Shown here: positions 38,710 through 49,900 of the stretch, piece after piece | How the letters are laid out: each line of letters begins with the position of its first letter | Position numbering within the stretch: position 1 is the stretch's first letter | Assembly (NCBI GenBank): GCA_047602265.1 | Contig: JASGHU010000001.1 | Location: forward strand, 2,691,546 to 2,755,545 | Source of the DNA: Spongiibacteraceae bacterium | GTDB lineage: Bacteria > Pseudomonadota > Gammaproteobacteria > Pseudomonadales > CAMLJR01 | Direction: 5' to 3' | DNA length: 64,000 nucleotides | Notes under the pieces: model-generated | What the model was told of the DNA's origin: nothing | Database searches by the model: none | What the model saw: only the letters and a program-made list of their open reading frames with translations | Position numbers and translations under genes: made by a program

Positions 38710-40096
38710 CGGTAATATCCAATTTAAAGACGGGATTGATTAGTAGTTTCGACACATCATCGATTGTTACTGCAGTGGCGATTAGTCGGCCAAAGTGCGA
38801 CTTTTCTTCAGTTCGAGAGATGTTGTTATCGCGCACAAAGACATCGTAGCGCCCCGTCGCCACAGCCAGCAGCGTCATGGGTGCGACATGCGCAGCGGCG
38901 CACGCGCGTACGCAGCCGCTCAGATGCACATCGGTAATCGTGGAGTTTTCTTGCTTTGCTTTTTGCGAGCGCAAACTGCTCGCAAGCTGCAATGCATCCG
39001 CTTTCGTGTCGGCTAAACCTTTGGCGCAGCCGCGTGAGCCTGTGCAGGCAATCACATGTGCCAGCGCATCATCGGCATCGACGCCCAGTCCCAGTTTTTT
39101 CAACTTTTCTAAAACTGTTGCAGAAGATTCTTTCGGAATATTCGGCAGCAACACGCTCTGCCACGGAGTCAATCGCAGGCTGCTATCGCCGGACTCTTGC
39201 GCAATTTCCGCCAGTGTGTGTAATTGTTTGGCGTGTAAACGACCGAGCACCGGTACAGCACCGACGTAATTCAAGTCCCCTTGGTGTTGCGGTTGAATAC
39301 CGATGTGTAAATTCTGTTGCGCAGACGGCACGCATCTCCAATGGCTCATTGCTGCAACAAGCGGAAACGATAAACGTCTTTGCACAGAGTCGAGAAAAAT
39401 ATTGGCGGGTATCGTTGCCAGTAAATCCCGCATGCGATGCTGTGCTGGCGAGGCACAAGCTAAAAACGCGCTCAGCACTGCATCGATAAATTCAATTGCG
39501 CGCTGCACGGGTATTGCAGCTAACGCGTGATTTAATGCCGGGCAACCGGCGAAACCAACCGCAAACAGCGGTTGTTCAGCGTCGATGTACGACAACCACA
39601 CATCATGTGGATGTTCGCGCATGGCGAGACGTTCACCACCATCAAGCAACAATGCAAATTTCGGCGATAGCGCATGCAAATGCGTTTGTGTTTGCAATAA
39701 GGCGAGAATTTCGCGAGCGATAGGTGCGACATCGATCAACGCATCGATATCGATACCTGCCGTCGGGCTGACCATGAGATTACGCACATCGTCACCGCCC
39801 GGTGTGGTCGGTCCCAATCCGGCAGCAATTAATATTGTGACTAATGCGTCCGCGTGCGCAGCTTGCACACCGCGAATTTGGATATTGCTGCGATTGGTTA
39901 ATTCGATCACGCCGCTGGCATAACGCGTGGAAACATCGGCGATAACAGCGGCCTGCCTTGAGGTTAATTGTCCGCAAGGCAATTTAATCCGGCAAATACC
40001 GCCGTCGAGTGCGGATACGATGCGCGACAATCCCGGACACGCCGATGTGCGTACCGGAAAACTGTTCGAAGGTGATTTCGTCGGAGGGATATTCAC
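38702..40096 (-). CDS. cobG: Precorrin-3B synthase (oxygen-dependent; sulfite/nitrite-reductase-like ferredoxin fold), GTG start
   Basis: ACPGL...GGICRIKLPCGQLTSRQAAVIADVSTRYASGVIELTNRSNIQIRG, plus a C-terminal Cys cluster (CTGSRGCAKG...SGCVRAC). Confidence 0.8.
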   Translation of the reverse strand: MNIPPTKSPSNSFPVRTSACPGLSRIVSALDGGICRIKLPCGQLTSRQAAVIADVSTRYASGVIELTNRSNIQIRGVQAAHADALVTILIAAGLGPTTPGGDDVRNLMVSPTAGIDIDALIDVAPIAREILALLQTQTHLHALSPKFALLLDGGERLAMREHPHDVWLSYIDAEQPLFAVGFAGCPALNHALAAIPVQRAIEFIDAVLSAFLACASPAQHRMRDLLATIPANIFLDSVQRRLSFPLVAAMSHWRCVPSAQQNLHIGIQPQHQGDLNYVGAVPVLGRLHAKQLHTLAEIAQESGDSSLRLTPWQSVLLPNIPKESSATVLEKLKKLGLGVDADDALAHVIACTGSRGCAKGLADTKADALQLASSLRSQKAKQENSTITDVHLSGCVRACAAAHVAPMTLLAVATGRYDVFVRDNNISRTEEKSHFGRLIATAVTIDDVSKLLINPVFKLDITDA

Positions 40097-40149
40097 GCGG
40101 CCACCGTAAAACCATCGCGGCGACCCGACCAGATAGCGTAATGATTACG

Positions 40150-40375
40150 CTTTCGGCATCGGTACACCCCGCCCGATGTTGGCACTCGCGACTAACGACA
40201 TCGGCAGGTCTCCTGGCTCACAGATCACCGTTACTATGCGGCCTTCCCAGATTTATCGGATAAATCCAGTGACCATTAGTGCATAGCAACTCACTGCATA
40301 CAGTTGCGGGGGCAGCCACGTTTCGCCACCATAAAGACAATGGCGTTCGTATTCCCTCTTCGGCTCGCTATTCAA
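40150..40375 (-). promoter_or_regulatory. Cobalamin (AdoCbl) riboswitch in the cobG operon leader. Boundaries approximate.
   Basis: On the minus strand: GAAGAGGGAA..., GCTGCCCCCGCAACTGTA (rc of 40299-40316), GTCACTGG...CTGGGAAGGC, and the B12 box GAGCCAGGAGACCTGCC (rc of 40203-40219). Confidence 0.8.
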
Positions 40376-40445
40376 TTGATGAAGAACAGCGAGCACCGAC
40401 GAGCGGGTATTATGCCTAATTTACGCAACCAACGGCACCCTCGAA

Positions 40446-41717
40446 TTGAAAACAACTCCTATCGCAACAGCGTCAACAACTATCACTGCGCATATCACAA
40501 GCCCTTGGCTCACTGTGATCGGCATTGGTGAAGATGGCTATAGCGGGCTTGGTGATGCGGCGCGCAACGCCGTGAACGCCGCTTCGATTATTTTTGGCAG
40601 CGCTCGTCAAATTGCGTTGTTGCCTCAAACTATTTCCGCTTCCATTCGCGTATGGCCCAGTCCATTTTCGGTGACACCGCTGCTCAATCTACGCGACCAG
40701 AGCAATCGAAACGACAGCCCTGTCTGTGTACTCGCGAGTGGCGATCCTTTATTTTTTGGTATCGGCGCCACCCTGGCACGACAAATACCGATCAACGAAA
40801 TGACGATAATACCTGCGCCCTCTTCGTACTCATTGGCCGCTGCACGACTCGGCTGGGCGCTGCAAGATGTTGTCATGCTGTCGATGGTTGCGCGCCCTAT
40901 CGCCGCGTTGCACGCACAGATCTATCCGAATACGCGCATGCTGATTTTGAGTAACGACGGCAGCAGCCCTGCCGCTATTGCAAAATTATTGTGCTCCAGG
41001 GGTTTTGGTTCGAGCCACATCACAGTGCTTGAACATTTAGGTGGCGCGCACGAGGCACGCATTGATACAACCGCGCAGCAATGGTCCATCGACGCTGTTG
41101 CTGCACTCAACGTAGTGGCGGTGGAATGTATCGCCGATGACAACGCGCACTGTATGCCTCTCACCACTGGACTGCCCGACACGGCTTTTCGTCATGATGG
41201 CCAATTAACCAAGCGCGATGTACGCGCGCTGACATTAGCGCGGCTCGCCCCGATGCCTGGTGAATTATTGTGGGATGTCGGTGCAGGCTGCGGCTCAATC
41301 GGCATTGAATGGATGCGCGCACATCCGCGTTGTCGTGCCATCGCGATTGAGGCCGATGCAGACCGCCAACAATTTATCGAACACAATCGCGATGCGCTCG
41401 GCGTACCCGCATTGCAATTAATCAAAGGCGAAGCGCCCACTGCATTGGCTGGACTCGAACGTCCCGATGCCATTTTTATCGGCGGTGGCGTCACTGCTCC
41501 GGGTGTCTTGGAAAGTTGCTGGCAGCAATTGCGCAGCGGCGGACGCTTAGTGGCGAATGCTGTCACGCTGCAAAGCGAAATGGTATTGCAACAATGGCGC
41601 GCACAACACGGCGGTGAGCTGACGCGCATACAAATCGCACAGGCACAGCCATTGGGCGAATTCGACACCTGGCGCAGCGCGTTGCCCATCACCTTGCTCG
41701 AAGCGAGAAAAATTTAA
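40446..41717 (+). CDS. cobL: Precorrin-6Y C5,15-methyltransferase (decarboxylating), TTG start
   Basis: N-terminal TP-methylase half ([15 protein letters not shown]) plus a C-terminal SAM-MTase half ([15 protein letters not shown]). Confidence 0.85.
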   Translation: MKTTPIATASTTITAHITSPWLTVIGIGEDGYSGLGDAARNAVNAASIIFGSARQIALLPQTISASIRVWPSPFSVTPLLNLRDQSNRNDSPVCVLASGDPLFFGIGATLARQIPINEMTIIPAPSSYSLAAARLGWALQDVVMLSMVARPIAALHAQIYPNTRMLILSNDGSSPAAIAKLLCSRGFGSSHITVLEHLGGAHEARIDTTAQQWSIDAVAALNVVAVECIADDNAHCMPLTTGLPDTAFRHDGQLTKRDVRALTLARLAPMPGELLWDVGAGCGSIGIEWMRAHPRCRAIAIEADADRQQFIEHNRDALGVPALQLIKGEAPTALAGLERPDAIFIGGGVTAPGVLESCWQQLRSGGRLVANAVTLQSEMVLQQWRAQHGGELTRIQIAQAQPLGEFDTWRSALPITLLEARKI

Positions 41718-42472
41718 TGCGCGCCGTTCACCACTCTCTTCGCCCCATAAAACGGGTGTTAGTGCTCGGCGGTACGCGCGAGGCATTAACACTCGCACGC
41801 AAATTACGCGCGCACGATGTTTACAGCCTCGCCGGACTCGGAAAAACACCGACGGATTTGGCGTGCAACGTGCGCGTCGGCGGCTTTGGCGGCAGCGAGG
41901 GCATGGCCGATTTTATTCGGCGCGAAAGTATCGACTTGCTGCTCGATCTCACGCATCCCTACGCTGCGCAAATCAGCGCGAATGCCGCAGCCGCTGCGCA
42001 AAAAACCGGAATCCCGTTTTGGCTTTTGCATCGCCCTGCGTGGTCTCCGCAACGCGGTGACGACTGGCGCGAATTCAGTCACTGGCCTGAGTTAATGTCA
42101 TTACTCACTGATTTTAAGCGCCCATTTTTTACTCTGGGGCGCGAACCGTTAGCACATCTCGACGAAATTCCCGCATCGCAATACTGGACGATTCGCTGCC
42201 TGGATGCTGAGCCCGGCAATCAACGAGCAATCGTCATCGGCGCGCGTGGACCATTTCATCTCGACGCAGAACGACAAATATTCGCAGAAAATAATTTCGA
42301 TGTATTAATCAGCAAAAATAGCGGCGGCAGCGCCACCGAGCCTAAATTGCAAGTCGCCCGCGAATTACGCATACCGGTGCTGATGCTAAAGCGCCCGCCG
42401 TTGCCTACTGCAACGCGAGCATTCGACTCCATTGCAGCCCTTACTGAGGCTCTGAACGAGATCGGCCTGTGA
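41717..42472 (+). CDS. cobK: Precorrin-6A reductase
   Basis: VLVLGGTREA..., ...THPYAAQIS..., ...LISKNSGG... are CobK/CbiJ-type motifs. 251 aa. Confidence 0.8.
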   Translation: MRAVHHSLRPIKRVLVLGGTREALTLARKLRAHDVYSLAGLGKTPTDLACNVRVGGFGGSEGMADFIRRESIDLLLDLTHPYAAQISANAAAAAQKTGIPFWLLHRPAWSPQRGDDWREFSHWPELMSLLTDFKRPFFTLGREPLAHLDEIPASQYWTIRCLDAEPGNQRAIVIGARGPFHLDAERQIFAENNFDVLISKNSGGSATEPKLQVARELRIPVLMLKRPPLPTATRAFDSIAALTEALNEIGL

Positions 42473-42921
42473 ATACCGAGATTTATTACGCGGGCTTTGG
42501 CTGTCGTCGCGGCTGCCCGGAAGAGTCTTTACGCGAATTACTTGAGCAGTCGCTACACGAGCAGTGTTTATCCGTCGCACAGCTAAGCGGCCTTGCCAGT
42601 ATCGACAGCAAGCACGATGAAGCGGGATTATGTGCATTGGCGCGCAGCTTGAATTTACCGCTGGTATTTTTTTCCGCCGCGCAATTATCAATTTTTGCCA
42701 ATCGCTGTGGCGAGTCGGCGCCGATTATTTTGCAAACCACAGGAGTCGCCAATGTTGCTGAGGCCAGTGCATTGGCGCTTGCGGAAACGCATAATGGCCA
42801 GCATGCCGAACTGATGATCCGCAAACGCAAAAGCAGCGATGCCACCGTTGCACTGGCTCGTACGCTTGGCACGACGCAAAAAAGCCCCGACATTTTAGCG
42901 AGCGCTAACGAAAAAAAATGA
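42469..42921 (+). CDS. cobE: CobE / CbiG C-terminal-domain-like cobalamin biosynthesis protein
   Basis: AGFGCRRGCPEESL...GLASIDSKHDEAGL...GVANVAEASALA is the typical CobE pattern. Overlapping start and stop with neighbours. Confidence 0.7.
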   Translation: MNTEIYYAGFGCRRGCPEESLRELLEQSLHEQCLSVAQLSGLASIDSKHDEAGLCALARSLNLPLVFFSAAQLSIFANRCGESAPIILQTTGVANVAEASALALAETHNGQHAELMIRKRKSSDATVALARTLGTTQKSPDILASANEKK

Positions 42922-43649
42922 CCGTTTATTTTATCGGCGCAGGACCCGGCGATCCCGACTTGATCACCGTACGCGGCCAGCGGCTGATTCGCAGCTGTGG
43001 GACGATTCTTTACGCAGGTTCACTCGTGCCTGCCGCCGTACTCGAAGGCCATTGCGCCGAAACGGTGATAAACACCGCCGAATTAAATCTCGATGAAATC
43101 GTTGCGCTGATCGAGGCCGCACATGCAAAAGGCCATGACATCGCCCGCGTGCATTCGGGCGATCCATCGTTGTATGGTGCCATCGGCGAACAAATTCGAC
43201 GCTTACGCCCATTGCATATCGACTATGAAATTGTTCCCGGCGTTACCGCTACTGCCGCGTGTGCAGCGCTGCTCGGCCTGGAGTTGACGCTGCCCGATAT
43301 TTCGCAAACGCTCATTCTTACGCGCTTCGCCAATAAAACCACGATGCCTGACGGCGAGCAATTGCACGATCTCGCGCGCCACCGCGCGACCATGGCCATT
43401 CATCTCGGCATTCCGCACCTGCACGCAATCGTAGAACAATTATTGCCGTCGTACGGTAACGATTGTCCGATCGCCGTGATTCATCGCGCGAGCTGGCCCG
43501 ATGAGGACTTTGTAATCGGCACGCTTGCGGATATTGAAAAAAAAGTCGCCGCCAAAGGATTTCAGCGCACAGCATTGATTTTGGTTGGGCGAGTGCTCAC
43601 CGCAAATAATTTTTCCGACTCTTCGCTTTATCGCATCAATAGCATATGA
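42918..43649 (+). CDS. cobM: Precorrin-4 C11-methyltransferase
   Basis: MTVYFIGAGPGDPDLITVRGQRLIRSCGTILYAGSLVP...VHSGDPSLYGAIGEQ. Confidence 0.9.
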   Translation: MTVYFIGAGPGDPDLITVRGQRLIRSCGTILYAGSLVPAAVLEGHCAETVINTAELNLDEIVALIEAAHAKGHDIARVHSGDPSLYGAIGEQIRRLRPLHIDYEIVPGVTATAACAALLGLELTLPDISQTLILTRFANKTTMPDGEQLHDLARHRATMAIHLGIPHLHAIVEQLLPSYGNDCPIAVIHRASWPDEDFVIGTLADIEKKVAAKGFQRTALILVGRVLTANNFSDSSLYRINSI

Positions 43650-43924
43650 GCATCCGCAGCCCTGATACCCGCCGCTTTTATTGGCGAGATGATATCGATT
43701 CGCTTGTGTTTCAGCCGGATAAACATGAGGGATTGTGTGCGATACATCGGCGAGCATTTCGGGTGTTATTGGCGACTGAGCCAACGCCTGAGAACTGCTG
43801 TAATTATTTTAAATGCGAGCACGCGCTTTTTCAGCACGCCGCACAGCAAAAAATCTCGCGTTGCCACATTTCCCCAACACAGAATTTTCATATAAATAGT
43901 CGCGATATTCGCCGAGCTGTTTGA
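43646..43924 (+). CDS. Hypothetical small Cys/His-containing protein, ATGA-coupled to cobM
   Basis: ORF with start/stop overlap. No confident family assignment. Confidence 0.35.
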   Translation: MSIRSPDTRRFYWRDDIDSLVFQPDKHEGLCAIHRRAFRVLLATEPTPENCCNYFKCEHALFQHAAQQKISRCHISPTQNFHINSRDIRRAV

Positions 43925-43957
43925 CCGCCCCGCCCTATCTCTTTATGATGCTCGCAG

Positions 43958-44172
43958 CTTCAGGTGCCCCGCAGAGAATCCTCTAACGGGTGAAACGGGA
44001 AGCCGGTGCGTTTCGATCTATCCAACGATAGCTCGCAACAAATCCGGCGCTGCCCCCGCAACGGTAAGCGAGTTAGATCACCTCATACGCCACTGCGTGC
44101 TATGCATGCGGGAAGGTTGGTGATTCGGGAGTTCAATAATTCCCCCTCGCAAGCCCGGAGACCGGCCTGAAG
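43958..44172 (+). promoter_or_regulatory. Cobalamin riboswitch in the cbtBA-cobWN leader
   Basis: P1 CTTCAGG (43958-43964) pairs with CCTGAAG (44166-44172). Also AACGGGAAGCCGGTGCG, AATCCGGCGCTGCCCCCGCAACGGTAAG, GCCACTG...GGGAAGG, and the B12 box AGCCCGGAGACCGGCC (44152-44167). Confidence 0.85.
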
Positions 44173-44304
44173 TTTTACGTACTGATCTGCGGTGGGCAGA
44201 GACGGGCTTGTTGGGCGCATGCTCATCCTGTTCCCTTTTTCTATTTCTCTCCCACGCTTGATTGTTATGGCGCTGTGCCAATCAGATTTTATGGAGAGAA
44301 CGCA

Positions 44305-44493
44305 ATGACCAACTCAACCAATACCACAAAAGTTATTGCCAGCCCCACTATGGATTCGCGTCAACTGGCATCCGGCTTTGCATCGATGCTACTTGGATCG
44401 TTGCTGATTGCGTTGATCGGCTTTGCGCCGATGCCAGCCGTACACAACGCCGCGCACGATACTCGACATAGTTCCGCGTTTCCTTGCCACTGA
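44305..44493 (+). CDS. cbtB: Cobalt transporter subunit CbtB
   Basis: 62 aa with one TM and the C-terminal HNAAHDTRHSSAFPCH signature. GGAGAG RBS before the ATG at 44305. Confidence 0.75.
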   Translation: MTNSTNTTKVIASPTMDSRQLASGFASMLLGSLLIALIGFAPMPAVHNAAHDTRHSSAFPCH

Positions 44494-44569
44494 TTTTCAA
44501 TCGAATCATTAATCGAACCCGATGCATCTGCTCGGGTTTGTTATTCGCTAAAAAACGAGCATCGAAAAT

Positions 44570-45424
44570 ATGTTTCGAGAAAATTTTTTATCGGCAAGTA
44601 TTGCCGGTGTCGCTGCCGCATTGATTCTGACATTGCTACAAACCGTCTGGATAACACCGCTGATTCTGCAAGCGGAAACTTACGAAGGCACTGCCGAACC
44701 AGCGGCCGAGTCATCGATACCATTTTCTGCACGGCAACAAATTTCCACGCCGCAAACATTTTCCGACCAACACGAATTTTCCGAACAAAACGAATTTTCC
44801 GAAAAACAGAGCAGTCACGAACACCACGCTGAGGCTCACGATCACGCGTCACTGGGCGATCACCACCACGAAGCAAATGACCATCACCACGCTAACGAAT
44901 GGAAACCTGCCGATGGTTTGCAACGCACGTTGTTCACACTGGCAAGCGATATTGTCATGGGCCTTGGTTATGCGCTTTTGTTGATTGGCGTGTATACATT
45001 GTGGCGCCGACCCACTGGCGCTGCGCAAGGATTGTTATTCGGTCTCGCCGGTTTCGTCGTGTTTTTTGCCGCGCCAGGGCTTGGCCTGCCGCCGGAATTA
45101 CCCGGCACGAAAGCGGCTGAGTTAACTGTGCGCCAGCAATGGTGGATCGGCACTGCTGTCGCAACCGCCACAGGCCTTGCGCTGATATTTATTCAGAAAA
45201 ACTGGATTGTGCGTGTCATCGGTGTCGCTGTGTTGATTGCACCACATATGATCGGCGCACCGCATCCCGCCATTGAGGGCGGATTAGCACCGGCTGATTT
45301 GCAAACGCATTTTCGCTTGGCAACCGTGATCACTAATGCCGTGTTTTGGCTGGTATTGGGCGCGATTTCCGCAATCGCATTGAAAAAATTTTCTGGCCCG
45401 TCAGCCAACGAATTAACCCAATAA
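44570..45424 (+). CDS. cbtA: Cobalt transporter subunit CbtA (with a His-rich loop)
   Basis: Multi-TM protein with the loop HEHHAEAHDHASLGDHHHEANDHHHANEW. Follows cbtB behind a B12 riboswitch. Confidence 0.75.
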   Translation: MFRENFLSASIAGVAAALILTLLQTVWITPLILQAETYEGTAEPAAESSIPFSARQQISTPQTFSDQHEFSEQNEFSEKQSSHEHHAEAHDHASLGDHHHEANDHHHANEWKPADGLQRTLFTLASDIVMGLGYALLLIGVYTLWRRPTGAAQGLLFGLAGFVVFFAAPGLGLPPELPGTKAAELTVRQQWWIGTAVATATGLALIFIQKNWIVRVIGVAVLIAPHMIGAPHPAIEGGLAPADLQTHFRLATVITNAVFWLVLGAISAIALKKFSGPSANELTQ

Positions 45425-45445
45425 ATCATGTTGACTCAATAAATC

Positions 45446-45853
45446 ATGAGTGCAGTTTCCAGCACAGATAAGCCTACCAGCACGACACTTTATGTCTGCG
45501 AGACCTGTCGTTATAACAAGGACTCGCGCGAACACGAAGGTCGCGAAGGCGGCTCGATATTGCTCGAACATTTACATCAACGCGCGGCCGAGATTGCAAT
45601 CAGCAATTTGCGCATCGTCGCTACGCGCTGTCTGATGGCATGCGCGCGCCATTGCACGGTGCATTTGCGTGCGCCCGGAAAAATTAATTACGTGATCGGT
45701 GACTTTGAGCCAACCGCTGAAAATGCCGAAACGGTTTTGGATTACGCCGCTAAATATCAACAATCCGCTACCGGGCAAGTGCCTTACAGCACATGGCCAC
45801 AAGGTATCAAAGGCCACTTCATTGCACGCACGCCGCCATTCGAGGACAGCTAA
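45446..45853 (+). CDS. DUF1636-type metal-binding (thioredoxin-like ferredoxin) protein associated with cob clusters
   Basis: LYVCETCRY...CLMACARHC Cys pattern, with a position immediately upstream of cobW. Confidence 0.6.
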   Translation: MSAVSSTDKPTSTTLYVCETCRYNKDSREHEGREGGSILLEHLHQRAAEIAISNLRIVATRCLMACARHCTVHLRAPGKINYVIGDFEPTAENAETVLDYAAKYQQSATGQVPYSTWPQGIKGHFIARTPPFEDS

Positions 45854-46915
45854 ATGTTAACCCCGAAAATTCCCGCCACCATCGTTACCGGATTTTTAGG
45901 CAGCGGCAAAACCACCTTGCTGCGCCACATTCTTGCCAACAACAACGGTTTGCGCATCGCGGTTATCATCAACGAATTTGGCGAACTCGGTATCGACCGC
46001 GAAATTCTCAAGGGTTGTGATATCGGCTGCGAGGAACAGGAAAGCGCTGGAAAACTCTACGAACTCGCCAATGGCTGTTTGTGCTGCACCGTGCAGGAAG
46101 AGTTTTTTCCGGTCATGCAACAACTCGCCGAACGCCGTGATCAGATCGATCATCTGCTCATTGAAACATCGGGATTGGCGCTGCCGAAACCATTGGTGCA
46201 AGCATTTAACTGGCCGGAAATTAAAAGCGCATTCACCGTTGATGCGGTCGTTACAGTGGTCGATGCACCCGCCACAGCCGAAGGCCAATTCGCGGAAAAC
46301 CCCGACGCCGTCGATGCACAGCGCCGCGCCGATCCCAATCTCGATCACGAATCGCCGCTGCACGAATTGTTTGCGGATCAACTCTCCGCGGCGGATTTGG
46401 TGATTTTAACCAAAACCGATTTAATCGATGCACAACAACGTCAACACATTGAAGAGCTTGTGCGCGAAGAGATTCCCGCATCCGTGAAAATCACGCAGGC
46501 AAATCACGGTGAAATCGATCTCGATATTCTATTGGGGCTGAATAGCGCCTCCGAAGACACGATTCATTTGCGCACCAGCCATCACGATCTTGAAGGCGAA
46601 GAAGATCACGATCATGACGAATTTGATTCGGTTGTCGTTGAGCTGCCTGCCGTCGATAAAGATAAATTATTAACAGCGTTGCGCGCGCTGGTCGAAACGC
46701 AGACGATTTATCGCGTCAAAGGGTTTGTTATGTTATCCGATAAGCCGCGTCGATTAGTCATACACGGCGTAGGTCGACGTTTCGACAGCTATTTCGACCG
46801 CGCCTGGCGCGACGACGAAACACCGCGCACGTCTATCGTGCTGATCGGGCAGGCACTCGATAAGACCGTTTTACAAAACGCTCTGCAAATTGCGGCGCTC
46901 GCTGAGACTGTGTAA
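45854..46915 (+). CDS. cobW: CobW (COG0523 G3E-family metallochaperone GTPase)
   Basis: P-loop GFLGSGKTTLL, the CxCC motif GCLCCT and a His/Asp-rich stretch HHDLEGEEDHDHDE. Confidence 0.85.
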   Translation: MLTPKIPATIVTGFLGSGKTTLLRHILANNNGLRIAVIINEFGELGIDREILKGCDIGCEEQESAGKLYELANGCLCCTVQEEFFPVMQQLAERRDQIDHLLIETSGLALPKPLVQAFNWPEIKSAFTVDAVVTVVDAPATAEGQFAENPDAVDAQRRADPNLDHESPLHELFADQLSAADLVILTKTDLIDAQQRQHIEELVREEIPASVKITQANHGEIDLDILLGLNSASEDTIHLRTSHHDLEGEEDHDHDEFDSVVVELPAVDKDKLLTALRALVETQTIYRVKGFVMLSDKPRRLVIHGVGRRFDSYFDRAWRDDETPRTSIVLIGQALDKTVLQNALQIAALAETV

Positions 46916-49900
46916 TGCATTTGCTGGCGACGCGGCCGGGCGGCATCGTCGATGATGCCGCAGGTTTTATTCGTGTCGAACAAGATCCGGCCGATATAGT
47001 TATTCTCACCTCCGCCGACACTACCCTCGCCTTACTGGCTGCCGCACATACCAAACTGCCCGCCGATTTCCCCAGCGTGCGGCTGTGTAATCTTCTGTAT
47101 TTACGCCAACCGGCAAGTGTCGATTTGTATATCGACGAAGTATTGCGCCACGCGCGTGTCATTATCGTCGATCATCTCGGCGGCGAATCGTACTGGCCTT
47201 ATGGTATTGAGCAACTCGCGCAACTAGCGCGTAGCCACAAGCAAACACTCGCGATGTTTTCGGGCGATCGTTGCGAAGACAGCAATCTGATTAACAAAAG
47301 CACGGCGACTGCTGCCGAGTGCCGCGAGCTGTGGACTTATCTGCGCGAAGGCGGCCCCGCTAACGCCTTGCAATTTTTTAATTTTATTGGTCAGCAGTTT
47401 TTAAATGTACCATTGTCCTCATCAAATGGACCGCTACTACCACCACGAACGCTGCCCACCATCGCGATTTATCACCCCGATCATGGCATCGCCGCACTCG
47501 ACGATTGGAAAGCCAGTTGGCAAGCCAATCAGCCAACGGTCGCGATTGTTTTTTATCGCTCGCATTTTCAATCGGGTAACACGCTTGTCTTCGATGCACT
47601 GTGCGCGGAATTACAAAAGCAGAAACTGAACCCGCTGCCGATTGCGCTGTATTCGTTAAAGGATGAATTGTGCCTGCAAACCTTACGGCAGCTTTGCAAA
47701 GACAATAATGTCGCGCTGTTATTGAACGGCACCGCGTTCTGTGCCGCGGAAATCGACGGTGAACAACTTTCACCATTGATCGGCCATGCACCGGTCTTGC
47801 AAATCATTCTGAGCGGAAGCGATCGCGAAACATGGCAGCAGGATACGCAGGGATTAAATTCGCGCGATATCGCCATGCAAATCGCGCTGCCCGAAGTTGA
47901 CGGCCGCATCATCACGCGCTCGATCAGTTTTAAAGGTATCGCTTATCGCTGCCCGCAGACACAAGCCGATGTCGTATGCTATCAGCCAGACGCCGAGCGT
48001 ATCGCATTTGTCACCGAGCTTGCCGCGCGCTGGTGTCGTTTACAGACGCTTGATAACAGCGACAAACGCATCGCTTTAATTCTCGCTAATTATCCCGCCA
48101 GAGAAGGCCGCATCGGTAATGGCGTCGGGCTCGACACCCCGAACTCGGCAATCAGCATTTTGCGCATGCTCGAAACCGAGGGTTATGCAACAAAAAATAT
48201 TCCCGGCGATGGCGATGCGTTGCTGGGTGAATTGCTGGGCGGCATTACCAACGATCCCGACAGTTGGATGCTGCGCCCCGCGCATCAGAGCTTTAGCCTC
48301 ACCGATTACTTGAAATTATTTTCGACGCTACCGGAAAAAAATCAGCGCGATATTATTGAACGCTGGGGCGAGCCCGCCAGCGACCCCATGCTACGCCGAG
48401 ATGCTACAGGATTACCGCGCTTCATGATCGCGGGTATTCGTTGCGGAAATATATTTGTCGGCATACAACCCGCGCGTAATTTTTCTTCTCACGACAAGCC
48501 TCTGGAACCCTACGCGACCTATCACAGCGCCGATCTGGTGCCACCACATTATTATCTCGCGTTTTATTTCTGGCTGCGCGGCGTATTCCATTGCGATGCC
48601 ATCGTGCATGTCGGCAAGCATGGCAATCTGGAATGGTTGCCCGGAAAAACCATCGCGCTGAGCAATGAATGCTGGCCCGATTTGATTCTCGGCCCGCTGC
48701 CGCATTTATATCCGTTTATTGTCAATGATCCCGGCGAAGGCAGTCAGGCCAAGCGCCGCACGCAAGCTGTGATTATCGATCACTTAATGCCTCCGCTGAC
48801 GCGCGCTGAAAATTACGGGCCGCTGAAAGATCTGGAGCGCCAGGTAGACGAATATTACGAAGCATTACTGGTCGATACCAAACGCGCACTGCTGCTGCGA
48901 AAAATGATTCTCGCCAATATTGTCGAAAATAATCTGCATCGCGATTTAGGTTTGGAGCTTCCGACTAACAGCAACGATGAAGAAGTTTTATTGACAAAAA
49001 CCGATGCGTATTTGTGCGAAGTCAAAGAATCGCAAATTCGCGATGGCCTGCATATTTTTGGACAATCGCCCATCGGCATACAACAGCGCGATACCTTGGT
49101 GGCACTCGCACGCTTTCCCCTCGCCAGCGGTACCATCGCCCGCGCCAAGACGATTGACGCACCAGGTAATATGAGCCTGCTGCAGGCCATCAGCCACGAC
49201 TTGCAACTACATGATGATTTCGACCCGCTCGATGCCGATTGGGCCGCGCCTTGGTCCGGCAAGAAACCTGAGCAGCTGCAATCAATCAGCGATGAGCCCT
49301 GGCGTCATAACGGCGATACGCGAGAGCGGTTGGAATTATTTGCTTCGCAGCTGATCGCAGAAACCATTGCGGATTTTAATGCTGGAAAACTTGACTCATG
49401 CCCTTCTGCACAGAGTCGTCAGTTACCGCAGACCGAACACGTATTACAACGTATTCGAAACATATTATTGCCAACCTTAAATCGCTGCGGCGAATCTGAA
49501 TTAAACGGACTGCGCGATGGCTTAAACGGATTATTCGTCGCCCCCGGCCCCAGCGGCTCACCCACACGGGGTCGCACGGATGTATTGCCGACCGGCCGCA
49601 ATTTTTATTCGGTCGATACGCGCGCCGTACCAACACCGACAGCGTGGCTGCTCGGTTTGAAATCGGCTGATTTATTACTCGAACGTTATTTGCAGGAGCA
49701 TGGCGATTATCCACGCGCGATTGGTTTGTCGGTGTGGGGAACCGCAACGATGCGCACGGGTGGCGACGATATTGCGCAGGCATTGGCATTGCTCGGCGCG
49801 CGACCGCAGTGGGCCCCAGGCAGCTATCGCGTTACCGGTGTTGAAATATTGCCGATGTCATTACTTGATCGTCCACGCATCGATGTGACATTGCGCGTCT

